From positions 1,171-65,170 of the forward strand of contig JAILMH010000073.1 in assembly GCA_024692715.1 (NCBI GenBank): a DNA stretch of 64,000 nt, read 5' to 3'. This document shows positions 61,464-64,000 of the stretch, in pieces (the stretch's first letter is position 1; every line of letters starts with the position of its first letter). The notes under the pieces are model-generated. The model was given only the letters and a program-made list of their open reading frames with translations, was not told where the DNA came from and made no database searches. The position numbers and the translations under genes are program-made. This stretch comes from Lachnospiraceae bacterium. GTDB taxonomy: Bacteria; Bacillota; Clostridia; Lachnospirales; Lachnospiraceae.

Positions 61464-62355
61464 TGATCTTTCCTTTCTGCTTTGCAGAAGCAAGCAGTAC
61501 CTTAAGCTCATCTACAGTAAAGTGATATGCCTTATTACAGAACTGACATTTTACTTCGATCGTCTCTCCATCATCTATCATGCTCTGCATTTCCTTTTCA
61601 CCGGTACTGATAAGAACCTTCGAAACCTTGCTCACGCTGCAGTCACAGTTAAACTGTGTAGGAAGCTGCTCATAAATTTCAGGGTCAAGTCCGTTAAGTA
61701 CAATGTTTATAATATCTTCAGGTGTCTTTCCCTCCTTAAGAAGGTCAGTCACTGAAGTTACATTTTTAAGATTATTCTCGATAACAGTAATAGTCTCATC
61801 AGAGCAGCCAGGCATTATCTGAACGATAAATCCGCCCGCCTCACGTACAGTATTATCATGCGACATGAGCACACCAAGTCCGACTGATGACGGTATCTGC
61901 TCACTTACAGCAAAATAATATGTAAGGTCATCGCCGATCTCACCTGTTCTCAACGGGCTGTTTCCGACATAAGGCTCTTTAAGGCCCATATCCTTGATAA
62001 CCTGAAGATTACCTTTTCCGATAGCTCCTCCCACATCAAGCTTGTGATCTGTCTCTCTCGCATGGAGCATTACCTGCGGCTCGATGGCGTATCCCTTAAC
62101 ATCACCATTTGCCTTGGCTGTGACTGTAAGTCCTACAGCAGGGCCGTCACCGCGGATCTGAAGCGTAAGAACGTCATCACCCTGAAGCATATAGCCCATC
62201 ATAGAGCCGGCTGTAAGCAGACGTCCAAGCGCTGCTGTCATAACAGGACTTGTGTTATGATGCTCTCTTGCTGTTTCCACCGTATTTCTTGTTGTTGCCG
62301 CAAAAGCACGTACTTCGCCATTCTTGGAAGCCGCACGTACTACATAATCTTTCAT
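61456..62355 (-). CDS. hslO: Hsp33 redox chaperone
   Basis: ALGRLLTA, GDGP, EQIPS.VGLGV, AGGFIVQ.MPG, CDCS...CQFC zinc motif. Confidence 0.96.
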   Translation of the reverse strand: MKDYVVRAASKNGEVRAFAATTRNTVETAREHHNTSPVMTAALGRLLTAGSMMGYMLQGDDVLTLQIRGDGPAVGLTVTAKANGDVKGYAIEPQVMLHARETDHKLDVGGAIGKGNLQVIKDMGLKEPYVGNSPLRTGEIGDDLTYYFAVSEQIPSSVGLGVLMSHDNTVREAGGFIVQIMPGCSDETITVIENNLKNVTSVTDLLKEGKTPEDIINIVLNGLDPEIYEQLPTQFNCDCSVSKVSKVLISTGEKEMQSMIDDGETIEVKCQFCNKAYHFTVDELKVLLASAKQKGKINE

Positions 62356-62397
62356 ATAAAAATCCTTTCAAAAATTATCAATTCGTATGTTTAACAC

Positions 62398-62426
62398 ATT
62401 ATATAAGAAAATACTAAATCATTCAA
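62398..62426 (-). promoter_or_regulatory. Putative hslO-nadE promoter
   Basis: TTGAAT-17 nt-TATAAT. Confidence 0.7.
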
Positions 62427-62444
62427 TTCTCTTCTACGCACAAC

Positions 62445-62479
62445 AAAATCGGGCAACGTATGTACCCGTTGCCCGATTT
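62445..62479 (-). terminator. Intrinsic terminator of the surface-protein gene
   Basis: AAATCGGGCAACG/CGTTGCCCGATTT 13-bp stem, then TGTTG. Confidence 0.85.
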
Positions 62480-62523
62480 CCCATAAAGAGAGGTTATTTA
62501 CTATTTCTCTGAATTACTCTTAA

Positions 62524-64000
62524 TTATTTTGTCGTTACATTTACCTTGATCGTACCGTGAGCACATGATCCGTTAAATGTAAGATATCCTGTAGATGAAT
62601 CATAAGTAAAGTCTTTCTTCATATTGACTTTCTTAGCCTTCTTAACACGCTTCTTTGTAGAATCAAGTTTGTATCCGTTAGGAATAACTGCGAATACCTT
62701 CTTAACATCACTATTCTTCATCTTTACGAGCATCTGGCCTTCTTTTTCAAATTTCTTTGTCCAAAGAGCTGTCTCAGATGCTTCGATAGGTCTGATAGTT
62801 ACTGTTGAAAGGGATTTGCCCTTGATAGCCTTATTTGTTGTAGAATCAAGTCCTGTGATACGCTTAAGTGTTACAGTTACACTTGAACCTACAGCCTTGC
62901 TTCCCTTTGTCTTGATCTTAACAAGGCTTGAATCAATTTCTTTGCCGTCAAGAGTTACTGACTCAAGAATATCTGAAGCCTTGATCTTTCTTCCTGTGTA
63001 TGCTGGTGTTGTATTCAATTCAATTTTGATCACATGACCGTTCTCAGAAATCGATGTTGAAGATACTGTATCAAGTTTCTTTACAACAAGTGCATAGTAC
63101 TCGTTGTAATCAGCGTCTGCTGTATACTTTGAAGAATCAAGCTGAAGTGATGCACCAGGTGCTACTTCCGGAAGATCCTCATCTGCTGTCCAATAATCTT
63201 CATAACCACCGTCAGAGTCAAGTGCATAAGTTTTAGATGTAAGTCCTACCCATTTAACTGCCTGATAGCCTTCTGCTACAGCATAAGGTGCAGTTACCTT
63301 GAAGCTTCCTGAAGCATTTGTTGTCTTATTCATTGAAACACCAGAAGCTGTTTCGTCATCAATAAATGTACACTTAATATCAGGTTCATCATCATCATCA
63401 GTATCTATTCCTGAATATGTTCCATCACCATTATCTATAACTACATATCCATAAGTAGTGCTGCTATCATATTCCGCATTACCACCAAACCATACATTTA
63501 CAGTACCTTCAGCCTCTACCTCGCCTGTAAATACATATGTAGAAAGGTGTGAAAGTGTCATATCCATTACTTCTGCATCGCTTGAATTCTTTCCTGCATA
63601 TTCTGGAAGCTCTACCTCTTCTTCATCTGTATCTACACAATACGCAAAAGCTTTGCCCTTGCCAAGGTCAGAAACATCTTCTACATCGATGTCAACAGAA
63701 ACGTCGATTGTTTCACCATCAAAATCAACCTCTTCACCATCTGCTGTGATGCTGATGTCAAATATCTGTGCTTCATCTGTTGTAGGAACGATTGGATAAT
63801 TTGTTGAAATACTGCTCTTTGTTCCTGATGTAGATTCTGCAGAAATATTTATCGCAACTCCATAGCTGAGCAACTGCTCAACAAAGCTCTGCGGCATTGT
63901 GATCTTTGCTCCATCCAGCTGAACAATGGTCTCTTCCTTCTCAGCTGCAGCTTCAAGATCACTATAATCTATTTCAGCTTCTGTCTGATCACTATAATCA
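62524..64000 (-). CDS. Large extracellular or cell-surface protein, 3' part only (start lies beyond the right edge)
   Basis: Frame stays open from 63897 to the window end (DYSDQTEAEIDYSDLEAAAEKEE...); acidic beta-rich body, HLSTY motif, Lys-rich C-terminal ~180 aa; no LPXTG. Confidence 0.8.
   Translation of the reverse strand, partial: DYSDQTEAEIDYSDLEAAAEKEETIVQLDGAKITMPQSFVEQLLSYGVAINISAESTSGTKSSISTNYPIVPTTDEAQIFDISITADGEEVDFDGETIDVSVDIDVEDVSDLGKGKAFAYCVDTDEEEVELPEYAGKNSSDAEVMDMTLSHLSTYVFTGEVEAEGTVNVWFGGNAEYDSSTTYGYVVIDNGDGTYSGIDTDDDDEPDIKCTFIDDETASGVSMNKTTNASGSFKVTAPYAVAEGYQAVKWVGLTSKTYALDSDGGYEDYWTADEDLPEVAPGASLQLDSSKYTADADYNEYYALVVKKLDTVSSTSISENGHVIKIELNTTPAYTGRKIKASDILESVTLDGKEIDSSLVKIKTKGSKAVGSSVTVTLKRITGLDSTTNKAIKGKSLSTVTIRPIEASETALWTKKFEKEGQMLVKMKNSDVKKVFAVIPNGYKLDSTKKRVKKAKKVNMKKDFTYDSSTGYLTFNGSCAHGTIKVNVTTK

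Overview
Core-chromosome segment of a low-GC Firmicute. Gene content and order point to Clostridia, probably Lachnospiraceae (inference). All supported genes but three (yraN, acylphosphatase, tmcAL) lie on the - strand, as expected if that is the leading strand. From left to right it carries the start of a LicT/RAT-controlled beta-glucoside operon, rho, rarA, secDF, a polar amino-acid ABC transporter and the long conserved block plsX-acpP-rnc-smc-ftsY-ylxM-ffh-rpsP-khpA-rimM-trmD-rplS-lepB-rbgA-rnhB. These are followed by rpmF/pta/tmcAL, polA-coaE, asnA, map, guaB, addAB, nadE, hslO and the 3' part of a large surface protein. I see no transposase, integrase, phage gene, CRISPR array, tRNA or rRNA, and I cannot demonstrate a new multi-gene system. 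The best leads are: (1) an FtsA/PilM-like actin ATPase carrying four ThiS/MoaD-like beta-grasp motifs, coupled to an MBL hydrolase; (2) a GC-rich tandem palindromic REP-like element just downstream of rpmF; (3) a divergent promoter pair sharing one palindromic -35 hexamer, which would give a leaderless yraN mRNA; (4) an S16 whose conserved DxRxxRDG loop is replaced; (5) an unannotated small ORF heading the pta transcript where ackA and yceD are missing; (6) a His15-less HPr paralogue. Family calls come from motif recognition by eye; no database search was run.
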